Made by a program: the position numbers and the translations under genes | Source: an uncultured Gammaproteobacteria bacterium | GTDB taxonomy: Bacteria; Patescibacteriota; Patescibacteriia; JACQRZ01 | Direction of reading: 5' to 3' | NCBI GenBank assembly: GCA_964370875.1 | Contig: CAYJLM010000002.1 | Coordinates: 1-34,987, forward strand | Length of the DNA: 34,987 nucleotides | Shown: positions 26,319 through 34,987 of the stretch, in pieces | Layout of the letters: each line of letters begins with the position of its first letter | How positions within the stretch are numbered: position 1 is the first letter of the stretch | The notes under the pieces: generated by a model | Databases searched by the model: none | What the model saw: the letters and a program-made list of their open reading frames with translations, nothing else | Told to the model about the DNA's origin: nothing

Positions 26319-27212
26319 ATGCTCAGTCCTGATAATCTTAAAAGAGCTATGGTAGAGAATATAACTGAAAAATTAAAGGAATACTTTGAGAAACGGGACG
26401 ATGTCGCCCTTGCTTTTTTGTTTGGTTCACAGAGTAGGGGATTAACGCGTCCATCGTCTGATTGGGACATTGCGGTCTATCTCGCGCCTCGCCAGTGGGG
26501 CGAGCTTGAAACAAAACATACCTATGCGGGTGAATCGGAGATTCGCGCGGAGCTTGGACGCATGGTGTCAACAGATCTTGATCTTGTTGTCTTGAACCGC
26601 GCGCGGCCATCTCTTGTTTTTTCAATCATGAATTCAGGCATTCCTCTCGCCATCAAAGACATGCGCCTCTACCTTACGCTCCTGTCGCGCACCCATTACG
26701 AGGCGGTCGATTATTGGAGTTTTGTGAAGGAGTACCGTGAGCTCTATGACCGCGCGCAATCATTGACGCCGGAAGCGCGCGCGATGCTTATTGAGCACCT
26801 CACCTTTCTTGAGAACGAACTTGCTGATGCGGGAAAGTTTTCAACACTCACCTACAAAGAGTATCAAGAGAGCAGGGATATGCGTCGGAATGTCGAGCGT
26901 TGGATTGAAAATTGCGTCATGAGCGCGTTGGATATCACAAAGATAGTACTCTCTTCAGAGAAGCGCGATGTGCCGCAGACATACAGAGATATGATCCACG
27001 ATTTCGGGACACTTTTTGTGAGTCAAGAGTTTGCGGAAGCGTTTTCAGAATACGCATCACTTCGCAATATTCTCGCACATGAATACCTTGACGTGCGGTG
27101 GGAGCGGATACGCCATTTTCTTGAAACCGCGCCGTTGCTTTATGGAAGGTTTGTAAACGCTGTGAAGACATATCTCTCGAGTCAGGAGGTAAAAAAATCC
27201 CCTTATGTTTGA
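26319..27212 (+). CDS. fused minimal nucleotidyltransferase (MNT) - HEPN/DUF86 protein
   Basis: N-terminal FGSQSRGLTRPSSDWDIAV (GS-X10-DxD NTase motif) and C-terminal RNILAHEY (HEPN Rx4-6H) within one uninterrupted ORF. Confidence 0.75.
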   Translation: MLSPDNLKRAMVENITEKLKEYFEKRDDVALAFLFGSQSRGLTRPSSDWDIAVYLAPRQWGELETKHTYAGESEIRAELGRMVSTDLDLVVLNRARPSLVFSIMNSGIPLAIKDMRLYLTLLSRTHYEAVDYWSFVKEYRELYDRAQSLTPEARAMLIEHLTFLENELADAGKFSTLTYKEYQESRDMRRNVERWIENCVMSALDITKIVLSSEKRDVPQTYRDMIHDFGTLFVSQEFAEAFSEYASLRNILAHEYLDVRWERIRHFLETAPLLYGRFVNAVKTYLSSQEVKKSPYV

Positions 27213-27453
27213 AAAAATAATGAATGATAAGATCGGACGAATTGTTCTCATAGTATTTGGCTGTATCATGGGTTTATGGGGTGGGGTGCAGCTCTATAAT
27301 GATTTTGGCACCGGAAAAGAAGAAGAGAGAAAAGAGAGCAGAAGTGAGCAAGTGAATGGGGGCGTGACGGAATCGGTGGAGGCGTTCGATCTTTATACGA
27401 ATCAATCTCTAAATGTAATGATTAAATTCGCGCGAGAAAAAGGGATTGGGTAA
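27205..27453 (+). CDS. small membrane protein, 82 aa, with a charged tail
   Basis: 8-nt overlap with the MNT-HEPN gene. One TM helix (IVLIVFGCIMGLWGGV). Confidence 0.5.
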   Translation: MFEKIMNDKIGRIVLIVFGCIMGLWGGVQLYNDFGTGKEEERKESRSEQVNGGVTESVEAFDLYTNQSLNVMIKFAREKGIG

Positions 27454-27477
27454 TAGCAATTCCACAAATAAATCCCC

Positions 27478-27505
27478 TTGACCATTTGGTTTTGACATGT
27501 ATACT
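27478..27505 (+). promoter_or_regulatory. promoter candidate for the ATP synthase operon
   Basis: ttgacc (27478-27483), 16-nt spacer, tatact (27500-27505). 37 nt upstream of the first atp-cluster ATG. Confidence 0.5.
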
Positions 27506-27542
27506 AGTTCAATCTTGTCACTAGATTTTTTGGGATAGCATA

Positions 27543-27848
27543 ATGGAAAAACAAACCGATAATAGATGGTGGCTGGCAAGTATTGTGGGAGAGATTGGTT
27601 TTCTTATTGCGATTCCTTTGGTTCTTTTCGCGATCGTCGGCCGGGCTGTTGACGCGATATTTGGGAGCTTTCCGCTCTTTTTTTTGATCGGAATTCTCTG
27701 CGCCATCATCTGTTCGTCGTATATCGTGTATCGCAGGACGAGCGCCCTCCTCAAGGAAATAGAGGACAGTGACAAAACAGCCACAGAGAAAAGCCCTAAA
27801 ACATTTCAGAATGGAGAGATAGGTGCCGACTCAACACCTGAAGAATAA
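27543..27848 (+). CDS. AtpZ/AtpI-like small membrane protein of the F1Fo operon
   Basis: Two TM helices and the position immediately upstream of atpB. Confidence 0.55.
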   Translation: MEKQTDNRWWLASIVGEIGFLIAIPLVLFAIVGRAVDAIFGSFPLFFLIGILCAIICSSYIVYRRTSALLKEIEDSDKTATEKSPKTFQNGEIGADSTPEE

Positions 27849-27861
27849 ATGAGAGTTTAGT

Positions 27862-28602
27862 ATGAATATTTCTATCGTCGCAGAACCACTCTTCGAGATT
27901 GCCGGCTTCCCGGTTACCAATAGCATGCTTGTCGGCATTGTGATGAGCGTCCTGCTTATCATCTTTGGGCTTTGTGCGCGTCGGCGACTTACGCTTGTTC
28001 CCCGCGGGGCGCAGAATTTTTTTGAGACAATCCTTGAACAGGTACTAGGAATGATCGATAGTGTTACGCACAACCGCGCTCAGTCAAAGAAATTTTTTCC
28101 CCTCATTGCAACAATCTTTTTGTTGATCATTAGCGTCAATTGGGCAGGACTGCTTCCGGGGGCCGGATCGGTGGGTATTCGCGAGACGCACGAGGGCGCG
28201 GAGGTCCTTATTCCTTTTATTCGTTCAACATCGGCCGATCTCAACTTTACAATCGCGCTTGCCATTATCAGCGTCATTACCGTGCAGATAGTCGGCATCA
28301 CGAGCATCGGGTTCTTTAAATATGCCGGACGGTTTATTAATTTTTCTAACCCGCTGAATTTCTTTGTTGGTATCTTGGAGCTTGTGTCTGAAGTTGCGAA
28401 ACTGATTTCATTCTCGTTTCGACTTTTTGGCAATATCTTCGCCGGAGAGGTGCTGTTGACGGTTATGACTGTTTTGGTACCATATATTATCCCACTGCCA
28501 TTCCTCGCGTTGGAAGTATTTGTGGGCTTTATCCAGGCGTTTGTTTTTGCGATTTTGACCCTCGTGTTCTTGAAAATGGCAAGCGAGGAAATGACTCACT
28601 AA
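27862..28602 (+). CDS. atpB: F0F1 ATP synthase subunit a
   Basis: SFSFRLFGNIFAGE motif containing the essential Arg. Confidence 0.9.
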   Translation: MNISIVAEPLFEIAGFPVTNSMLVGIVMSVLLIIFGLCARRRLTLVPRGAQNFFETILEQVLGMIDSVTHNRAQSKKFFPLIATIFLLIISVNWAGLLPGAGSVGIRETHEGAEVLIPFIRSTSADLNFTIALAIISVITVQIVGITSIGFFKYAGRFINFSNPLNFFVGILELVSEVAKLISFSFRLFGNIFAGEVLLTVMTVLVPYIIPLPFLALEVFVGFIQAFVFAILTLVFLKMASEEMTH

Positions 28603-28627
28603 TTTGATTATAATTTTAAGTTAATAA

Positions 28628-28891
<264 letters not shown>

Positions 28892-28892
28892 T

Positions 28893-29012
28893 ATGACTTC
28901 CGCGTTTGGCACATTTCTTCGTTGCCAACTCCGGTACTCGACAACGTACATTGTGTACGCCTTACTCCGTTCCTCATTGGCGCCTAGAACTGCGCTCAAA
29001 CGCAAAAGTCAT
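28893..29012 (+). repeat. palindromic structured element, subfamily 1, copy b
   Basis: 15-bp closing stem 28893-28907 / 28998-29012 (two C/A mismatches on plus, equal to G:U on minus). Central hairpin cgtaca-ttg-tgtacg (28945-28959). Core 28908-28997 is 73/90 identical to the reverse complement of 5689-5778. Confidence 0.85.
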
Positions 29013-29039
29013 CAGCGCAACGAACATATTACTTAATCT

Positions 29040-29540
29040 ATGGAATTATTCGAGAAACTTGGTATTGACTGGAGAATGCTCATTGCTCAAATGATCAATT
29101 TTGGCATTCTTCTGTTCATCTTGCATCGGTACGTGTATCGTCCGCTTATTGGCATGCTCGAAAAGCGCGAAGCGATGATCGAGAAAAGCGTCACCGACGC
29201 CCGCGCGATAGAGGAGCGACTAAAAGGAGCCGAGGCAGGATATGAAGAGATTATGACAAAAGCGCGCGTTGAAGCGGCGCAGATGCTTGAAATGGTGGAA
29301 AAAACAGCAGAGCAGCGCCGGTCACAAGCGCTTGAGAAGACAAAAGAAGATGTTCGACAGATTGTTGAGCAGACGCGTTCAATGCTCGCGCGCGAAAAAG
29401 AACAGCTCCTTGAAGATGTCCGCAGTGATGTTGCTCGGTTGGTTGTATCCGCGACGCGCGGCGTTCTTGCCGATGTGGTAACGCCAAAAATTTCAGAAGA
29501 GCTTGCGGAAAAAGTGATTCATAATGTTTCGGCGCGATGA
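29040..29540 (+). CDS. atpF: F0F1 ATP synthase subunit b
   Basis: N-terminal TM helix followed by a long charged coiled coil; operon position. Confidence 0.85.
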   Translation: MELFEKLGIDWRMLIAQMINFGILLFILHRYVYRPLIGMLEKREAMIEKSVTDARAIEERLKGAEAGYEEIMTKARVEAAQMLEMVEKTAEQRRSQALEKTKEDVRQIVEQTRSMLAREKEQLLEDVRSDVARLVVSATRGVLADVVTPKISEELAEKVIHNVSAR

Positions 29541-29932
29541 AAAAAGAAAGCGCAAAACTCGTTGCTCTCGCACTCCAGTCTGCATCTCGCGGCAAAAAAA
29601 AGAGCGAGGTTGATGTGCTTGTTGAGTCGTTTGTGCTGGAGCGGGGAAGTCGCGGACAGATGAAATTTCTCACCGCTGTCCTGAAAGAACTCACTCTTTT
29701 GGTTGAGCGAGAAAAAGGGATCGAGCGCATCGAATGTCGGCTCGCTCATGTTTCCGAGAAGGAGGCGAAAAATCTTACATCGGCCATTTCAAAACAGCTC
29801 AAGAAAGATGTCGAGGCAACGATCATAGAAGATCCTTCTCTTATCGCCGGCGCGGTCGTGACATGTGGCGATACGCGCATAGACGGCAGTCTGAAAGCGC
29901 GACTCCGACAGCTTGAACAGCTACTTCAATAA
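29537..29932 (+). CDS. atpH: F0F1 ATP synthase subunit delta (short, 131 aa)
   Basis: C-terminal OSCP signature DPSLIAGAVVTCGDTRIDGSLKARL. ATGA overlap with atpF. Confidence 0.75.
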   Translation: MKKESAKLVALALQSASRGKKKSEVDVLVESFVLERGSRGQMKFLTAVLKELTLLVEREKGIERIECRLAHVSEKEAKNLTSAISKQLKKDVEATIIEDPSLIAGAVVTCGDTRIDGSLKARLRQLEQLLQ

Positions 29933-29961
29933 AATCCTAACGTATAGATTCATTACGTACT

Positions 29962-31494
29962 ATGTCCGATAAAAATTACATTTTGGAATCACTGACAAAC
30001 CATATCCAGTCGTTTAAAGGAGAAGTCGAGTCTTCCTCTGTTGGACGTGTTATCGAAATCGGGGACGGCATTGCTCGGATTTTGGGCCTGTCGGCAGCAA
30101 AAATGTCGGAAATGCTTGAGATTGAATGTGCGTCGGGGGACACGGCAACGGCCGTGGTAATGAACCTTGAAGAGGATACCATTGGGGCGATGATTCTGGG
30201 TGAGTACGCCGGAATCAGAGAAGGAGATAGTGTAAAAAGCACCGGACGCATTTTGGAAGTACCTGTCGGCGAAGAGCTTATCGGTCGCGTCGTCAATCCG
30301 CTTGGCGTGCCGCTTGATGGCAAGGGGCCGATTAAGAGCAAGCAGTTCTATCCGATCGAAAAAATTGCACCGGGGGTCATTACTCGCCAGTCCGTTCGCC
30401 AGCCGCTCCATACCGGCATTAAGTCAATCGATGCATTGATTCCGATCGGACGCGGACAGCGCGAGCTCATTATCGGAGATCGCCAGACCGGAAAGACTGC
30501 CCTTGCAATCGATACCATTATCCACCAGAAACACGAACGCGCGCACGGGAATGATATTGTGTGTATCTATGTTGCCGTTGGTCAGAAGGAGGGGAAAATC
30601 GCAAAGCTTGTCGCGCGGCTCACCCAGGAAGGCGCGATGGACTATACCACGATTGTTCTTGCGGGCGCGTCAGACCCCGCGTCACTTTCATACCTTGCGC
30701 CGTTTGCGGGGTGCGCGATCGGTGAGTACTTTATGGATCAGGGCAAGGATGTATTGGTTATCTACGACGATCTTTCAAAACATGCAGTGGCCTATCGCCA
30801 GCTGTCCCTGTTGCTTCGCCGTCCTCCGGGTCGTGAAGCATATCCGGGCGATATTTTCTATCTCCACTCACGCCTTTTGGAGCGCGCGGCAAAGCTGAAT
30901 AAAGATTTTGGCGGCGGCTCTCTGACGGCATTGCCGATTATCGAAACGCAAGCAGGTGATGTGTCGGCATATATTCCAACAAATGTTATTTCCATTACCG
31001 ACGGACAGATTTACCTCGAATCTGATTTGTTCTATCAGGGTATTCGTCCGGCGGTCAACGTGGGACTTTCCGTATCTCGTGTCGGGTCTGACGCTCAGAC
31101 AAAGGCAATGAAAAAAGTTGCCGGTAAGCTCCGTCTCGAGTTTGCGCAGTATCGCGAGTTGGCGGCCTTTGCGCAGTTTGGTTCTGACTTGGATGAGGCG
31201 ACACAGAAGCAGATCCGCCGCGGTTCCCGCCTTACCGAAATCATGAAACAGGGCCAGTACGAGCCGTTTCCTTTTGAATACCAGGTTGTCGCGATTTATG
31301 CCGGTGTCAACGGATACCTTGACGATGTCCCGTTGGAAAAGATCAAAGATGTCGAACGCGGACTGCTTGAGTATATCTATGCAAGCAAACGAGAGCTCAT
31401 CGATGCGATTGCGAAAGATAAAGAGTTATCGCAAGACAGTGAACAGCGACTGAAGCTGGCACTGGAGGAGTATAAGAAAATGATCCCGGTCTAA
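29962..31494 (+). CDS. atpA: F0F1 ATP synthase subunit alpha
   Basis: Walker A GDRQTGKT and overall alpha-subunit sequence. Confidence 0.95.
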   Translation: MSDKNYILESLTNHIQSFKGEVESSSVGRVIEIGDGIARILGLSAAKMSEMLEIECASGDTATAVVMNLEEDTIGAMILGEYAGIREGDSVKSTGRILEVPVGEELIGRVVNPLGVPLDGKGPIKSKQFYPIEKIAPGVITRQSVRQPLHTGIKSIDALIPIGRGQRELIIGDRQTGKTALAIDTIIHQKHERAHGNDIVCIYVAVGQKEGKIAKLVARLTQEGAMDYTTIVLAGASDPASLSYLAPFAGCAIGEYFMDQGKDVLVIYDDLSKHAVAYRQLSLLLRRPPGREAYPGDIFYLHSRLLERAAKLNKDFGGGSLTALPIIETQAGDVSAYIPTNVISITDGQIYLESDLFYQGIRPAVNVGLSVSRVGSDAQTKAMKKVAGKLRLEFAQYRELAAFAQFGSDLDEATQKQIRRGSRLTEIMKQGQYEPFPFEYQVVAIYAGVNGYLDDVPLEKIKDVERGLLEYIYASKRELIDAIAKDKELSQDSEQRLKLALEEYKKMIPV

Positions 31495-31498
31495 TTAC

Positions 31499-32401
31499 AT
31501 GGCAAAAGGAACACTACAAATCAAACGACAAATCAGGTCCATTGGCAATACGAAGAAAATGACAAAAGCCATGGAGCTGGTGTCTGCTGCCAAAATGCGC
31601 AAAGCAATCGCGGCCGCCCTTGCGACGCGCCCGTATGCGTTGCAGGCAGGGAGCGTGTTGAAGTATCTGTCCACGCAAAATCGCGGAGAGCAGCTTCATC
31701 CATTGCTCACGGTGCGCCCGGTAAAGCGTGTCGGTATTATTGTTGTCAGCACCAACAAGGGGCTGTGCGGGGGATTTAACGCGGCTCTGGCAACGATGGT
31801 GCGTAATACGATTGATAATGAAAAAAAACAAGGCGCGAAAAGCTGTGATGTATTGACTATAGGGAAGCGCGCGCGCGATATTCTCGCCCGTTTCGGCGCA
31901 TCGCTGACGGCAGACTTTCCGAAGAAGGACATAACAACAAGTATTTCAGACATCCTTCCGCTGATTCATACGGCCGTAAAGCAGTATCTTGACGGAACAC
32001 TCGATCGCGTACTGCTCGTATACACTGATTACATTTCGTCAGTACGTCAGAAGCCGGTATGTGAAACATTGGTGCCTTTCTCATTCGACGAGGAAGATGA
32101 GAACAAGGCACTCTCAAGCAATGAACAGCGCATGAAAGAATTATCACAGTGCCTTTTTGAACCAACACCGGAAATTGTACTTGATTATGTTATCCCGCGA
32201 TTGTTGGAGACAAAGATGTTTCAAGCTGTTTTGGAATCAGAAGCGTCAGAGCATAGCGCGCGTATGTTGGCTATGCATAATGCTTCTGAGGCCGCAACAG
32301 ACATTTTGTCCGATCTTCGATTGACGTACAATCAAATACGTCAGGCGGGAATCACGCAGGAAATTGCTGAGATTTCTTCAGGGCGCGCGGCGCTGGAATA
32401 A
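31499..32401 (+). CDS. atpG: F0F1 ATP synthase subunit gamma
   Basis: N-terminal IKRQIRSIGNTKKMTKAMELVSAAKMRKA and C-terminal ITQEIAEISSG. Confidence 0.95.
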   Translation: MAKGTLQIKRQIRSIGNTKKMTKAMELVSAAKMRKAIAAALATRPYALQAGSVLKYLSTQNRGEQLHPLLTVRPVKRVGIIVVSTNKGLCGGFNAALATMVRNTIDNEKKQGAKSCDVLTIGKRARDILARFGASLTADFPKKDITTSISDILPLIHTAVKQYLDGTLDRVLLVYTDYISSVRQKPVCETLVPFSFDEEDENKALSSNEQRMKELSQCLFEPTPEIVLDYVIPRLLETKMFQAVLESEASEHSARMLAMHNASEAATDILSDLRLTYNQIRQAGITQEIAEISSGRAALE

Positions 32402-33805
<1,404 letters not shown>

Positions 33806-33852
33806 ATTAAAGGATGTCATCCCCGTGAAGGCGGGGATCCTGCAGTTCAATT

Positions 33853-34296
33853 ATGAAATTAAACATCATTACACCTGAGAAGATCGTCTTTTCAGAAGAT
33901 GTCGACCAGGTAACAATCCCCACCCAGGATGGTGAGATTACGGTATTGCCGCATCACATTCCGTTGGTCGGGCTTCTCAAGGCAGGCGAGCTTTTGATTA
34001 AAATGGGTGCGTCTGTTATCCCAATGGCTGTGTCGGGCGGTATTCTGCAAGTACGCGTAGACGGCGTGACGATCTTGGCAGATACGGCCGAGCGTGTTGA
34101 AGAAATTATTGAGGAGCGCGCCGAGGAAGCGCGCAAGCGTGCAGAGCAGGTATTGGCGGAGAAGAAATTCGACACGGAAGAATACGCGACGATTGCCGCC
34201 AAGCTGGAGAAAGAGCTTGCCCGCCTGCATGTCGCGCGCAAGTGGAAGCACAAAGCGCATGGGCCAACAGGGCATAGTATACAATCTGACAGCTAG
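33853..34296 (+). CDS. atpC: F0F1 ATP synthase subunit epsilon
   Basis: Beta-sandwich N-terminus (ITPEKIVFSEDVDQVTIPTQDGEITVLPHH) followed by a helical C-terminus. Confidence 0.85.
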   Translation: MKLNIITPEKIVFSEDVDQVTIPTQDGEITVLPHHIPLVGLLKAGELLIKMGASVIPMAVSGGILQVRVDGVTILADTAERVEEIIEERAEEARKRAEQVLAEKKFDTEEYATIAAKLEKELARLHVARKWKHKAHGPTGHSIQSDS

Positions 34297-34305
34297 TATT
34301 TGAAG

Positions 34306-34333
34306 AAACCGATGGACTGTCCATCGGTTTTTT
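34306..34333 (+). terminator. intrinsic terminator of the atp operon
   Basis: aaaccgatgga (34306-34316), loop ctg, tccatcggttt (34320-34330), running into a T tract. Confidence 0.8.
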
Positions 34334-34418
34334 GTTGGTATGAGAATGCACGATAAGTATAAGCTTTACATGTGTAGCGGATGGCGTATGCTTTCTACAT
34401 AAGTCATATGTAAGATTT

Positions 34419-34937
34419 ATGGACACTAGAATCTTTGGGAAAAATGATGCTGGCGAAAATCCCATATCGCGGCGTGAATTTCTCAAATCCGCCGGTACTC
34501 TTTTTGGCGCGCTACTTGCTGGCGATGCATTGATTAACGTTGGTTCTTCCTCGGCGGCACGGGCTGAGCAGAAAGAAGAAGCGCCGCACGATAATAGGTG
34601 TGAGCTCATTGTCTATCGTTCAAAATACGAACACATTGAGTATCCGGAAAACCAAAGACAGCTACCAGAGCATTTAAAAAAAGTTCTTGACATTCTTCGG
34701 GATTTTCAACGAGGTGCAGTTGCCCTCTTTAATATAGAAGGAGCTAAAGGAGGAGATGAAAAGAAGGTTGCAAGTGGCTTTGATGCGGCGGCTTTCGATA
34801 AGTTGAAAAAGGCAATATGGGAACAGATATGCACTGCACAACCGGAAGCACAGATGCTTTCGTTTTCGGATGCGGCATTTTTTGAGTATATTGGATATTC
34901 TGTTCCTCGTCTTTTTGCCCCGTTTGGTATTTCTTAG
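34419..34937 (+). CDS. hypothetical protein with twin-arginine (Tat) signal peptide
   Basis: SRREFLKSAGTLFGALLAG...AARA at the N-terminus. Confidence 0.6.
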   Translation: MDTRIFGKNDAGENPISRREFLKSAGTLFGALLAGDALINVGSSSAARAEQKEEAPHDNRCELIVYRSKYEHIEYPENQRQLPEHLKKVLDILRDFQRGAVALFNIEGAKGGDEKKVASGFDAAAFDKLKKAIWEQICTAQPEAQMLSFSDAAFFEYIGYSVPRLFAPFGIS

Positions 34938-34987
34938 ACTCTAGAATCTAACGCAACACTTCTGTAGCATAGCTACATCAGAAGTAA

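Overview
The window looks like a streamlined bacterial chromosome segment, possibly CPR/Patescibacteria-like (inference only), read with the standard code. It is about 90% coding with short or overlapping gene junctions. Recognisable genes: 5'-truncated glycoside hydrolase, xseA/xseB, a minus-strand Elp3-like / P-loop kinase / Nudix operon, SAM methyltransferase, uvrB, uvrA, uvrC, dus, cyclophilin, metG, cvpA, tatD, a block of orphan membrane/secreted proteins, a fused MNT-HEPN protein, and a complete F1Fo operon (atpZ-like, atpBEFHAGDC). I saw no rRNA, tRNA, CRISPR array, transposase or integrase. The main unexplained signal is a dispersed family of 75-175 nt palindromic structured elements, with at least 5 clear copies and 3-4 degenerate ones. 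Their cores are conserved, while their closing arms differ in sequence yet stay self-complementary. Copies occupy operon spacers (xseA-xseB, elp3-kinase, atpE-atpF), a divergent promoter gap and the uvrB-uvrA spacer, and one lies inside the dus reading frame without breaking it. Secondary points are two tandem mini membrane-protein genes antisense to the uvrC leader, an MNT-HEPN fusion, a 691-aa orphan coupled to xseB, and a G+C-rich orphan gene.
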